Shown here piece by piece: positions 24,111-37,281 of a DNA stretch of 64,000 nucleotides. The notes under the pieces are model-generated. The model saw only the letters and a program-made list of their open reading frames with translations. It was not told where the DNA came from and did not search any database. This DNA is from Chiloscyllium plagiosum (taxonomy: Eukaryota). Each line of letters opens with the position of its first letter. Position 1 is the stretch's first letter. The position numbers and the translations under genes were made by a program. The DNA lies in NCBI RefSeq assembly GCF_004010195.1, contig NC_057719.1, positions 18,042,476 to 18,106,475 on the forward strand. The letters are read 5' to 3'.

Positions 24111-26559
24111 CCTTTGTGGCCAAAGAGGATACAAAGATGTCTGTCAATGCTCTAGCAATTTGTTATCTTGCCTCCCTCAATATTCTGGGATAGACCGCAA
24201 GAGAACCCAGGGACTTATCTGTCTTAATACCTTTTAAGATGCACAACACCTCTTCCTTTTTAATAACAACTTGACTTGGAAATTAGACACTTCCTTCCCT
24301 GAGATCATCCTCCACCAATTCCTTTTCTTTGGAAAATTTGGTCATTTAAGAACTCACCTACCTTTTCTGGCTCCACAGTAAGGTTTTAAACTGAGACTGT
24401 GGTTGTTAATTGATGTCTCATATTCTCAGGATTAGTAAATATTTCAGTTGTCCTTTAACTTCTTGGTGGCCAGAAGTTTAGCTCCAATTTGTTCCCAGGT
24501 GCTTTGTCCTTTGAGAGAGTTTTAGAGAGCTTTCTCCAGTGTTTTTTCATTCACAGAATTACCTCCTCTGCTTTGACAGCAGCAGTTGCCTGAAAAACAG
24601 AAGGATTGTGTATTCCAATGTCTGAGCTCCTTGTTCCCAAGTTTTATACTCTAGTAGGCAAAATCTTACTTCTCCAACATATGAAACTTATCAAACAGGT
24701 GTAAATTAAAATAGGAGAAAAGAAAGTCTTCATGCCTGAGTTTCAGTACCTTTTGATGAAAAGTTAATTTCAGTTCTGGTGAGTTTATTGCACTTTGGCT
24801 TTATAAAGCTCATCTAATGTATGTGGTCAGCTGTTCATGCTGACCATCTTAAATCTGTAGTTATTTTCCTTTTTAAAAATACTTTCATCCATCAAGGTCA
24901 GTGTACTAAAATTGGATCACATAATTTTAAAATCAACAATCAATTTTTATATCACTGTTATGACACCATAAAAAAGTTTCAGAAATCATCATCTTTCACA
25001 GTTAGCATGCATGGCTGGTATGTAGCAGAAAAATATCACATTTCTTGACTTCATCTTGCATTTATTGTAAACCATCCCTAGACACCTTTCAGGAATATAA
25101 TCAGACAAAACAAAAATGACATTAGGATAGATAAGTAACAGCTTACTCAACGTGATAGCTTTCAAGGAGAGATAGATATTAAGGAGAATTTTAATCAAGG
25201 AAGGAAGCAGAGAGTTGGAGATCTTCAGGGAGAAATTTACAAAAAAAAACTACCACAAGACCACTATGGTGAAGGATATAGGAGGAACATTATTATTATT
25301 GGACTGAAACCTGTTTTTTCTTATTTCTGTTGTCATTGCTTTACACTGGAATTGCAAGTGGAATTGTCTCTACACTATCCTTGTCCTTCTAAGTAATAAA
25401 ACACTCTACTTGAATGTTTTATTAATTATTCTGTACAAACTATGCAGAAAACTGAAGACATATTGATTCTTGAGGATCAAGGTATGGCAGTTAGAGATGC
25501 TTAATAGCGAACTTTTGTTTTTTTCTCATGGAAATGAAAGTAAGCTTATGCTTCATCAGAAAGAACTCAATCATAAAATAGTTCTTCACAGGTAGAACTG
25601 AACTGAATTGAAAGACTAATGTCTGCTCTTTGTTGGATTTTCTCGTGTAAATGTAATATTGATCTTTCTTTCCCCTTAAGAAATATTCAACACCCGAACA
25701 TCACTGATATTTCTACATTGATTAGGGAAATTGAGAAATGTTTTGATCTTTGAGATGCTGATGAATCTATGAAACAGCATTTCTATTTTTGTTTTAAACT
25801 ATGTCCCCATCCCAGAATTGTCCCAGTTCAATACTCAGCTTGCAATAGATTATAGACAGAAAAAGATTTTTAAACAAAAAACAAATGCTCTCTAGAGAAA
25901 ATACATAGGTGTGCAGCATACACGCAGGTAAGATTAAAATGAAGTTTGTCACAAAAATGAACCAATTGAGGGGAATTCACTGTGAAATATTAGCTATTGT
26001 GCGCAGTCACGATGCACTTCTAATTGTAATATACTTAAGTCTATGTAATGCTAAGAAGACTACAACCAAAGCTTTTGCCAGATGGGACAACCTAGTAAAG
26101 ATGAAGTGATCCCAATTATTAAATCATTGACATTAAGCAAAATGATGTTGCACTGATTAAAGAACATTGTGGATTAATTGATACTTCAAAATATATCCTT
26201 TTATTAAGGAATATTCAATGTATTCCGATTTCTATTGATGTCAACTTTAATTTGATTTTTGGACTCATTGTATTAATTGAAAAATATTTGAAGAATACAT
26301 ATCTGAGAGTTGAAATGGCTGTGCAATTTGCAAATTGTTAAAATATTGATTGTTTAAACTCTGTGCAATCTTTCAAGTAACAGAACATTAATCATCCCAC
26401 AGGAACAATAGCAAGTGAGACAACGGACAAAAAAAAAATCAAGCTCATTACAAAACTTTAATCCTACTTTTATTAAATATCCTGCAGGTACAGTGCTGGA
26501 ATCTTCATTCTACTAATTGTTTAGGGAAATGCGATATTTTTTCTAGCTGCTATTTCTGC

Positions 26560-26705
26560 AATTTGAATTTGATTATTTGATTTGATTTGATTTAACTTGA
26601 TTTATTATTATCACATGTACCTAAGTAAAGTGAAAAGTTTTGTTTCGTGCTCAGTATAGACAGATCATAGCATAAAAGGACATGCAAATCTTAGAGTAAC
26701 TAAAC
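26560..26705 (-). mobile_element. LINE 3' tail with (TCAAA)n microsatellite (Rex1/Babar-like)
   Basis: Minus strand ...CTTTTCACTTTACTTAGGTACATGTGATAATAATAAATCAAG(TCAAA)n. Same architecture as 50330-50430. Confidence 0.55.
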
Positions 26706-26848
26706 AGTGAGGCTTACAAAGTACAGACTTAGAATAGAGGTTTAAATGGACGATTGCGAGAAATGCGACAATAAGACCTGCTACAGAGACCTCTCAAAGA
26801 GTCACCCTCTGTCAGCACCAACTTGAACCGCTCCCTTTTATTTTGTTG

Positions 26849-27048
26849 GTAGAAAGTGAGGACTGCAGATGCTGGAGATCAGAGTCGAGAGTGTGGTGCT
26901 GGAAAAGCACAACAGGTCAGGCAGCACCCAAGGAGCAGGAGAGTTGACATTTCAGGAATCCTGATGAAGGGCTTATGCCTGAAATCTCTGTTCTCCTCTC
27001 CTGTTGCCTGACCTGCTGTGCTTTTCCAGCACCACACTCTTGACCCCA
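26849..27048. mobile_element. Family A element, fold-back form
   Basis: Reverse arm 26851-26955 is joined to a forward arm starting GAATC-CTGATGA-A-GGGC-TTAT-GCCT-GAAA. TSD TTTATTTTGTTG (26837-26848, 27049-27060). Confidence 0.9.
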
Positions 27049-28650
27049 TTTATTTTGTTGTCTGCATTTCAAACTTACACATTGATCAGGAACAAAGAAT
27101 GCATTGCAATTAAAGTTATAGGTATTGGTGTCTGCACAACACACTGAACACGTTACAAACATTTTACAAAAATAGACCCTGAATTTCCTGCAAATGCTTT
27201 GTATGAGCTCACACAAATCTCTATTTCAATCCACCTCACTCCTGAAAACAGCTGTGAAATAAATAATCAAACACCTGGCTTTCTTAGTGGTAGCTGTTGA
27301 TCTGGATTCCAGATTTGCTCATTGGTTCTTCCTCAAAATAGTTCCCTGGAATTTTTTTTACATCATTCTGAACGGACAATGATTGCTTGTTTTAAATGTG
27401 CTGTAACCCAGTGAGGGAGGATGAACCAGCTCCCCGCTTTTCAAACTCCTTGGTTGACTACAATAGATTTGGCTCACTTCAGTTAACAAAAAATGGCCTT
27501 AATTAGTTCACCTGAAACAATCTAACAGCTAATTTCAAGGTTTTCTTCAGTGAAAGAAATGTGACTTTTATAACTTACTAACCTTGGGAAAAAGTATTAA
27601 AGATGCGACATCAAATGCACGCACAGACAATGGTACAATGCGGGAAAGAAAAGGAAAGACTATAACATGGAACTTAAAGTCTTTAGTGTGCACTGGATGT
27701 GTAAGGTGTTATCCTTAGAGCAGAGTTGGTCAGCAGTGTTTTGGATTAGCAGCAGCTGTGAATTTTACAAATAACTTTGAGTGCTTGGTATTAAGATGCT
27801 TCTCCAGTTTGTGCTGTCAGTGATTGCTTTGTACTTGTTGAGTGAAAGCAGATAAAGAGTGAGAGAAAGCAAGGGAGAGACCTTCTCCCTGTACCAGTTA
27901 TAAATCCATCTCACTTCCTTCTGTCAAAAGCAGTTGTTTGAAACACAGTTGATTCACATGTTCCCATGTTTGGGTTTATTGTCTCCAAACTGGATAACTG
28001 TAGATGATTATTTGATATCCAATGTATGAACTTTTGATAAAATTATAATCATGGAAGAGGTACAGATCTCTGTTATCAATTTCTTTGAAAACATATTAAT
28101 TTCAGTTCAGACTGATTCTAGTTTATTGCTGGTTTCATGAAACTTGACACAACCAGTGGTCAGATGATTATTGCGGCCATTTTTAATCCAGTACCTTTCT
28201 CTATCTGAAATGATTTCACAAAGACCAGTACTTGGGCCTTAGCTGGCCACTATATATATCAATAATTTGGATAATCAGGCTAATTATAATCTTTCTCAAT
28301 TTCCAGGTGACTCCATAAGACTGAGGAGTAGAAGTAGTCCATTCAGCCCATTGTGTTTTCTCCACCATTCAATGAGAGCATGACTGATCTGATATTCTTC
28401 AATTCCATTCCTGCCTTTTCCCCATTACCCATGATTCCCTTACTGATACAAAGTTGAATGGGAATGATTGGTGGGGTAGACTGATGGACTGAAAAATCTA
28501 CTCTTGTTCTTATATTCCCAAGTTGCAATTGCAGTCCGTGAATGTCCGATGATGTTTATCAAAAATTCGTTGTCTGTATTGCATCACTATTGTAACAAAT
28601 ATCACGGTCGAGAGACAGCAACTCCAAAATTGCAGCAGTCTTTCAGCAGT

Positions 28651-28868
28651 TAAAAAATCACACAACACCAAGTTATAGTCCAACAGGTTTAATTGGAAGC
28701 ACACTAGCTTTCGGAGCGACGCACCTTCATCAGGTGGTTCCACAAGCACCTGATGAAGGAGCGGTGCTCCAAAAGCTAGTGTGCTTCCAAATAAACCTGT
28801 TGGACGATAACCTGGTGTTGTGTGATTTTTAACTTTGTACACCCCAGTCCAGCATCGGCATCTCCAAA
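28651..28868. mobile_element. Family C element, fold-back form with hammerhead motifs on both strands
   Basis: ~85-bp inverted arms (28651-28736 and 28747-28832) with a ~10-nt spacer. Perfect 12-bp TSD TCTTTCAGCAGT (28639-28650, 28869-28880). Confidence 0.9.
28702..28736 (-). ncRNA. Putative minimal hammerhead ribozyme (family C)
   Basis: CAC-CUGAUGA-A-GGUGC-guc-GCUCC-GAAA-G-CUA/GUG. Core intact; helix I CAC/GUG; palindromic helix III AGCU; one mismatch in helix II. Confidence 0.7.
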
Positions 28869-31765
28869 TCTTTCAGCAGTGTATTACTCCTTTATCCAGT
28901 TGTAAGAATGTTCAAGTCACTGCCAGGGAGATTGAGTGAAATGAATGCCATATCACACATATATTGAAAAGAAAATCAAACACAAATATGAATAAGAAGG
29001 GAATAGTTGGTTTCAAAGCTACATTTTGTTAAAGAAAGTGGGAGGCAGCAGTGGAACGTAAACTTTGACATGGACTCAATGATCTTTTCTTGTCCTATAT
29101 TTCCAATTTCCAAGTGCAGCAGTGATGCACTTGTTAATCTGCTCAAGTCTTTGGAGTGGAGTTTAAACCCATTCTTCTTAACCTTTCATCAGGAGTCTTA
29201 CCATAGAGCAACAACTGGCAGAATAGAATCTTAACCCTGAGATTCAGGAGTTCACACCTGGCTTCATACTCAAGGATGACCTGAGTTGAAAGTTCATATT
29301 GATGCTGGCTGACTTGCTCAAAATTGCCATTTGCTGCTCTGGCCAAATGCAGTAATATGTAATCATGTTAATCCTTGATATTTCTTGAGTAGAAGTAAAG
29401 GTAACAGTGAAGTCAGCACCAACCTACTGCTCTCCCATTAGAGAGAGGTAATTGGTGGTGACTTCATCTTAGGGTTACCACAGGTCAGGCTAAGGGGGAG
29501 GTTGAGAAGGAGAGCTCTTGCTGGTAACCTCAGGCAGTGCAAGAATTGAACCCATACTGTTGGTATCACTGCACTGCAAACCAGCCAGCTAAGCTAGTGA
29601 ACTCCTTCAATTCCTGCTTTAAAGACCTCCGACTGGCCACTGTTCCAAACCTCAGTCATGATGTTGCTGTGGAAGTGGTGTGGAGTGAGGTGAAGCCGGC
29701 CTACTCTGTCCACTGGTGCAGTATTGAATTCCAACTCAAGGTCCTGATCCCTGTAAAATCTAAATAAACACATTGTCATTTGGTTCTATTACAAAGCAAA
29801 GTGTACACGCGCACACACACTTCCAGAGTGGGTGGAGCAATAGGAATTTCAGACTACTGATTTAGGGATTATTCTTGTTTAAGAAAAGCAACTCAGTCAA
29901 ATACACAATGCTTTGGCGAGTCTTGGCATATGTTTTAAAAGTATTCTGTATAATTCAGTTTTGATCATTTTGAAATAAAGTGTAGTTTAGAAGACAAAGG
30001 GAGAGAGTAACTCTTTAATCTGTGTGAGAGAATTAATTCAACGGTGTCTGGTTAGTTAATTACTTTATCCAAGATGCTTGCAAAAAGTAAAATATCAACA
30101 AGAGAATACAGTTGATGCTGGCAAGGGAGGGGTTGAATTGGCCTTTCATCAATGATTCTTGGCTTTTTCTGAAGGGCAAGTGTCTAGAGATGTGGAATCG
30201 TTCCTTTTAAGTATACTGTACTGTGGAGCTTTCTAACCTAAATATGCCCCAAGCAAGGCTTTTATCCAGACTTTCAGCCACAAGACAGCCACTGAAATAT
30301 TCATACAAAGTTAAGTGTGCCACGGATGTTTTTCCCTCCATTCGTCCACCACAATGGATTTCACATCAAGGTCAGTAAGGAGAGTAATGCAGAACTATAA
30401 AAGTTCTAGTCTCAAAAGAATTAAACAAAGTAAGTGAAGTCTTATTCTCTTAGCCTGGCTAAGGATTGTACAAGCCTTTATAGAGAAAAATCTGTTAATG
30501 CATTAAACTTTTGAGATTATGCCTTCAATTTGAAATGACTGTAATGGAGAGGACATCAGCAGTAAAAATTCTCAGCTTATTTTTTAGTAACTTGTGACAT
30601 TCTTGCAAAGTAGTAAAGGGTTCCTGGTGAGCATCTAACTAATGTTTCCCAGTCACGTATCCATATAGGTAATGGCAGCAGACAAAAAAAAACAAAGATA
30701 TTTCAGGATCTCAACTAATTTACTCAGCAAATTGCAATGTCACTTTCTTTTCAATAGAACAATTTTCAAGAGGTTTAGCAGCTTATAGTTTGACATTCAC
30801 ATTGGCTTGACTTGAGGCATTAGTAATAAGAGAAGTTGGCATGAATGAGGGCATTAAGTTCCAATTAACTTTGGTTTAAATAGTTCCATTGACTCATTCA
30901 ATAATCCTTTGGTCAGTTTCAATTCTTGAAACAGTCACTCAACCCTGGAAACCCCCAGGTTGAAATATTCACACCATAATAGCTAACATGACCTTGAAAG
31001 TATATCATACAATATTATGGGCCGAATATTTCATCCTTTCATGTGAAATTTCTTCATGTGCTATTTTAAGGGACGTCTTAATCCACTTGTATGAAACCAG
31101 TCAAATGCTGCACCAAAGAATTTCATGTGAAGGCATCCAGCACCCATATGCAACTCCTACATTACACAATCTGTTGATGCATATTTCAATTCAAATATGG
31201 TTCAATGTTTTATTTAACAGCATCCCTACTAGATATAGGATCAATTGAATGTCCCCTTTTGTACCCCACAGATATGCATAACTATATTACAGTTCAAATT
31301 GCACACCTCAACTCTGAGCAAGCCCCCCCTCAACAGTGCCACCATTACCAACGACCTCCCAACTGGGAGTGGGCTAGCAAATTTGGGGGTGGGGATCAGT
31401 GGCATTAAATTGAACATGATAATAAGGGAGTTGGAGGTGGGGTGATAGTGGTGATGGTTCCTTACCACAGCCTTCCTGCAACTTACTGACATTTTACTGG
31501 CTACAAACGACTTAGAAAGCAACCCACTGAATTTAGGCCAATTGATGGTGTTACGTGGCTAATTCACCATCTGCAGAGGTCATCTCGCAGGTTCAGACTG
31601 GGTCTCTCCTGACCAGGTAGTGCTCACGGCCCATGGAGGCATCCCTCAGCGTAAAAGGGCTGACCCCTTGGGACGGTCACCCCACCTCTCCCACTATACT
31701 CTTGAGGTCATTACCTCCTCTGTTGCAGAGACCTACCTCATTGGTCCCAATGATTCCCACTTACA

Positions 31766-32235
31766 GCATAGTGGTTCGGTTAGCACTGTTGTCTCACAGC
31801 ACCAGGGACCCAGGTTTGATTCCAGCCTCAGGTGACTGTCTGTGTGGAGTTTGCACATTCTCCCAGTGTCTGTGTAGCCATGCTCTGGTTTCCTCCCACA
31901 GTCCAATATGCAGATTAAGTGAATTGACTATGCTAAATTGCCCATAGTGTTCAGGGATGTGTAGGTTGGTGCATTAGTCATGGGTAAATGTAGAGTAATA
32001 GGGAATGGGTTTCCTGATGAAGGGCTTTTGCCCGAAATGTCGTATTTCTTGCTCCTTGGATGCTGCCTGACCTGCTGTGCTTTTCCAGCCCCACTCTAAT
32101 CTCGACTCTGGTTTCCAGCATCTGCAGTCCTCACTTTTGCCTAATGGGTTTGGATGGGCTACTTTTCGGAGGGTCAGTGTGGACTTGTTGAGCTGAAAGG
32201 CCTGTTTCCACCCTGCAGGGATTCTATTCTATTCG
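31766..32235 (+). mobile_element. HE1-like V-SINE interrupted by a family A element
   Basis: tRNA-like head, V-domain and (ATTCT)n tail; split at 32013-32142. Confidence 0.9.
32013..32142 (+). mobile_element. Short PLE-derived element, family A, starting at the hammerhead core
   Basis: C-CTGATGA-A-GGGC-TTTT-GCCC-GAAA-T-GTC. TSD AATGGGTTT (32004-32012, 32143-32151). Confidence 0.9.
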
Positions 32236-34237
32236 GACCCTTATCCTTGCTGATATGAGGGCTGCTGCAGTCCCAGCAGTGACCATAGCTCCCAGTGGCG
32301 CCTCTGAGACTGAAGAGCTGCCAGTTCGCTGATTGACTGGCTGCTCCGAGAGGAGGGACATCCTGCCTCAAAGGAGTGGAACAGACAGCATGACAACAGG
32401 AAAATAATTGCCTGAGGGCCACAACATCTGTTTGTGCATTCCAGGGCCCAATGAGGTGAGCCTACCGCTGAAATGCCTAGTGGTAATATGCAGTACCACT
32501 AGGTCTTCAGGCAATACATCAACGCTTTGAACACCCCTGTTTCCAGATCTAAGGAGATGATGGATGCACTGACAGTGAGCTGTTTGTTCATTTTTCAAAT
32601 AAACAACTTATAGTTAGAATTGAAACAGGATATCGTGGAATATCACCAAACATTAATTTGCTCAAGTGGCATCAGTAGATTCTAAGCTGAAGATAGTTTT
32701 TGATGCCAGTGCACTTTCGATAGTGAATTATGGGCACCAATATATTTAATCTGCACAGCAAAAAGGTTTATTTCAGACTTACCAAATTAACAAACCACAA
32801 TGGCATATCATAGCCGAATCTATTGGATGCAAAACACTTTGGGATTTCTGAAACAAAGACACATTGCGCTCTATAAATCTAAACTTCTCCAATGGATTTC
32901 CCGTTGCTCTGGGAAAGAGGAAGGCACAATTGTTCTGATATTATAGACCAACACTTATCTCTCAATCAAGATTACAAACAAGGTACCTTACCTTGCAGCT
33001 CACAAACTAGTTCCATCTTTTGTCACTTGGCAAAGGACATTATGTTCTGAAAAGTACCTTGTGGCTTGTGGTTTTGGGAGATCACAGGTTATTGAGAGGT
33101 ATGATGTTAATACTTGCTGTTCAGCCTTTACTTTGTGCCATTTTGAGACAACTGATTGCAATCTGTCAGCAAACCTCTTAACCTTGGTGAATCCCAGTGT
33201 TTATTTGTAGATCATAGTTGCTTGAGATCCATGTGCTGGGAATCTGCCTCTTGATAAGGACAGTTTGAAATGTGTGCAAATTTATAAAAATGTAGATATA
33301 AAAGATCGCCATCACGGTGTGGAATGTAATTTCAATTATCTAGTCAAAGAAAACACTTCTCTCAGAAACAAGACAAGCCTTTCCAAGAATTGACTGAGAA
33401 ATTGTGCAAGATTATTCTAGATCAACATATTCTCATGGCAACTCTGAACAAGACCAGAGACTGGCAGGGTGGGAAGATCAGAGGCATGAATCAGTATTCA
33501 ATTCCGTGGCACTAGACACTCATACTGCATTCCACTGTCTCAGCTCAGAACAGAACATGTAGCACAAAGAAACATAAATAACCTTTATTCAGCCTATTCT
33601 AACCTGGAAGACTGTAGCCATAAGGGAGACCCATTGCTCCCAGGTCCCTGCTCCCTACAGTGAGTAACAACTTTCTCAGCAAGATTATTCAAGACCTCCT
33701 GAGTTACAATGGGCTGTATTAGTAATAGTGAAGTCTAATAAGATCTGAAATGTCACTTCCCAAATTCTTCGATCAATGTTCTCAAAGTTTTCGTAGTTGA
33801 GATCAGTGGAATTCACAAATAGTTAGCACAAGCTGCTTCATGACTAACTGTGATGAATGCAAATGGTATATTTTGTGGAGACTGCATCAAAAAATCCTAC
33901 TAAAAAAATCGATTTTATTTTTAATTCTAATTTGAATACCAACACGGTCTCTGCTTTTCTCTCCGTCTCTTTTGGGTCTACGTAAGCCTAAAATGTGTGT
34001 AAGCATCAAAGACTTGGATCTACTGAGGAATGCATCATACCCTCAGAATTACCTTGCAGTTCATCGGTGATAGACATGAAATTACTTTGAAGAGTACAGT
34101 GGGTAAAGCAAACATTGCAGTCAATGTATTCACAGTAAGAACCCACAAGTGGCAAGGAAATAGGATTGACCGTCTGTTTTTCAACAAAGTTGACACATTG
34201 GATAGCAGTGAACCCATTGTTCTTCAAATGAGTCATA

Positions 34238-34548
34238 GCATCATAGAATCTCCACAGTGTGGAAAGACACCATTTGGCCCATTTTGTCCACATCAACCAT
34301 CTGAAGAGAATCCCACCCAGAGCCATTCTCCCACCTTGTCCCCATAACCCTGCATTTACCATGGCTAATCCACCTAGCCTGTTCATCGCTGGACTGTGGG
34401 AGGAAACTGGTGTACCTGACGGAAACCCACGCAGACATAGGGAGAACATGCAAACTCCACACAGACAGTCACCTGAGGCTGGAATAAAACATGGGCCCCT
34501 TGCACTTTGGGGTTGTCACTGTTAGCCACTTAGCCACTGTGCCACCCC
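34238..34548 (-). mobile_element. HE1-like V-SINE
   Basis: Reverse V-domain GGGAGAACATGCAAACTCCACACAGACAGTCACC, with head GTGGCACAGTGGCTAAG on the minus strand. Confidence 0.9.
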
Positions 34549-36248
34549 TGGTACTTTGATCCTTATCCAAACCACTACATTCGATGGACTCTCTGTTTTA
34601 GGTTAAGCAATGCAGCCATACCCCGGATTAAGGTTTTAACCCATGAATTTTTAACTTAGAAGTGAGAATACTATGAACTGAGCCAAGTTGATGAGAATGA
34701 TGTAAAACAACCTAGCAGGCCAGTGAGAGATAGCAACTGGTTCTACATAAAAAAGAAAATGCTCTCTTTGGAGAACGAAGCCTGCAGGTCATGTTTCCTG
34801 GGTTGGATTTCCCTGTCAACAATTGCAATAGCAGATTCCAGGTGCAGTGATAGTTCTGCATATGTTAATATTAACGGTAAAAAGAGGTGTATGCCAGAGC
34901 CTGGACTTGTTTATTTTGATGAGCACAAAGGGTGAAATTCATTTCTGAAAACCCTTTTATTTTGCCCTTCTTGTGTCAGTACTAATTGTGATGTCTGTTC
35001 TTAGGTCACTGGTTGTCATAATGGTGTTTGGAAGCCGTATTCTCAGGAATGATAAAACCTCTAACAGTCAGGACCCAATATTCTGAGCCCATGGTTGCCT
35101 AGATTCTGGCACACTACTCTCGATGTTTGTATATGTCTGAATCATTTCTCACTATCTCTCAATGAATGATTCCCTTCCCAATATTTAAATTCCACAACAC
35201 ACTTGCACTCTCACCCCATTTGTAATGCACTCCTTTTGATTCTCTTACCAAGATTGATGCATTTCTGGTTCTTTTGCAGAAATTCACCAATCACTACACA
35301 GGCATAGTAAATTATAAGAAGAGCTTAATTTATTTGCAGCTTCCAACTGAAGTTATCTATTCTTACACACACATTAAATTATGCATTAATCTACTACATC
35401 CTGGTTCCTCAATGATATGGCTACATCATTGGAATATTTTCTTCATGTGATATTACAAAAAGACTATCCTGTCACCACTACAAAGTTACATCATCACCTC
35501 TCCTACATCTCCCATGCTTCTCTAGTTTTCCAACGCTGGAGGATAGGGGTGGGAATGTTCCCAAGATGATCTAATCATGTAGGTTCGGATTGTCCAGTCT
35601 TGCTGCACCCTTAATTGCAACAGGGAACATCCTCCTCATCATCTTCCTTTGTTTTTAGAGTCTTATGTTTTGATTGTACATATAAGAAATAACTATCAGT
35701 GTTTTAATCATTCACAACAAACATTTATGTAGTGTGAAGGGTCCAGTGGTATTGTCTGCACTCCTAGGCCAGGAAGTCCAGTCTCAAGCCCCAACTGTCC
35801 AGGAATTGTGTCAGAACAGGCTTGTTAAAAATACTTAGGTGGAAAGTATTTTGCATTGCATTTTACCAAAGCATCGAGGAGAGAAGGAGTGGTGAAGCGA
35901 GGGCTGTCAGGAAGGGGGAGTTTTCCTGCATTAAAAGGGGACTTACCTCGGGAGTCAGGCCTCCATTTTATCAGAGTGGCGAGGAGAGAACGAGCGGTGA
36001 AGCGAGGGCTGCCGGGAAGGGGGAGTTTTCCCATGTTAAAAGGTGCGAGGGAGGAGTGAAGGACTTCTGGGAAGTCATATATTTGTGTGGTTATGTTACC
36101 CGAAACACTACTCGGGTGGTGTCTCCCACCCATCCTCCTCCTCTAACCAAAAAAGAAAGGTTCTGTGTGCCAGATTGGTAAGGTAACGAGTTTATTTTTT
36201 TATTCCTTATTTTTTCACCAGTCTCTTTGGGAATTTAGAATAGTGGGA

Positions 36249-37160
36249 ATGGAGGTTAGGGCAGTTGAATGTTCCTCCTGCAGAATGTGGGAGGTAAGGG
36301 TCACCACTAGTGTCCCTGCTGACTACATCTGCGGGAAGTGCACCCAACTCCAGCTCCTCGAAAACCGCGTTAGGGAACTGGAGCTGGAGCTGAATGAACC
36401 TCGGATCATTTGGGAGACGGATGGAGTTATTGAGAGGAGTTACAGGGATGTAGTCACTCCTAAGGTACAAGAAAAAGGCAGATGGGTTATGGTCAGGGGA
36501 TGGAAAGGGAACTGGCAGGCAGTGCAGGGATCCCCTGTGGTCATTCCCCTCAACAATACTGTTGGGAGGGATGACTTACCAGGGGAAAGCAGTGGGGCAC
36601 AGGGCTCTGCACAGAGTCTGTCCCTGCTGCTCAGAAGGGAAGGGGGAATAAGAGCAGAGCAGTAGTCGTTGGGGACTCCATAGTTAGGGGGACAGATAGG
36701 AGGTTCTGTGGGGACGAGAGAGACTCATGGTTGGTGTGTTGCCTCTCGGGTGCCAGGGTTTGTGATGTCTCTGATCGTGTTTTTGGGATCCTTAAGGGTG
36801 AGGGGGAGCAGCCCCAAGTCGTGGTCCACATAAGCACCAACGACATAGGTCGGAAGAGAGATGGGAATTTAAGGCAGACATTCAGGGAGTTAGGATGGAA
36901 GCTTAGAGCTAGAATGAACAGAGTTGTTGTCTCTGGTTTGTTGCCCGTGCCACATGCGAGTGAGGTGAGGAATTGGGAGAGAGAGGTGTTGAACACGTGG
37001 CGACAGGGATGGTGCAGGAGGGAGGATTTTGGATTCTTGGATAATTGGGGCTCTTTCTGGGGTAGTTGGGACCTCTACAAGCAGGATAGTCTTCATCTGA
37101 GTCAGAGGGGTACCAATATCTTGGGGGGGGGTATTCGCTAAGGCATTGGGGTGGATTTAA
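36249..37160 (+). pseudogene. CR1 ORF1: CxxC...CxxC zinc finger, coiled coil, SGNH/GDSL esterase (frameshifted)
   Basis: CSSC-x16-CGKC; LENRVRELELEL; then VVVGDSIVRG, VVVHISTND and DSLHL esterase blocks in a shifted frame. Confidence 0.9.
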
Positions 37161-37281
37161 ACTAATCCAGCAGGGGAATGGGAACCAAAATTGTAGTTCG
37201 AGTGTAGAAAAGATTGAGAGTAGGGAGGTCCAAAATCAAGTTTCAGGGACGCAAGATGGCACCGGCAAGCAAGAAGTTGGT

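Larger units (their letters stand above)
21112..24378 (-). mobile_element. CR1 LINE (RT region and 3' end), split by a younger CR1 at ~22497-24110
   Basis: GVPQGSVLGPLLF, SKFANDAK and KWQTEFNLNKCEVMHF in ORF 21724-22098. The sequence resumes at ~24113 (GTGGCCAAAGAGGATACAAAGAT). Confidence 0.9.

Noticed and set aside
27402..28220. Possible solo LTR beginning TGTAAC
   Set aside because: No matching TSD or second LTR found, and the 3' boundary is undefined.
31300..32560. GC-richer flanks around the SINE as a CpG island or exon
   Set aside because: More likely an old DNA-transposon relic, but I could not define TIRs, so it is not listed as a feature.
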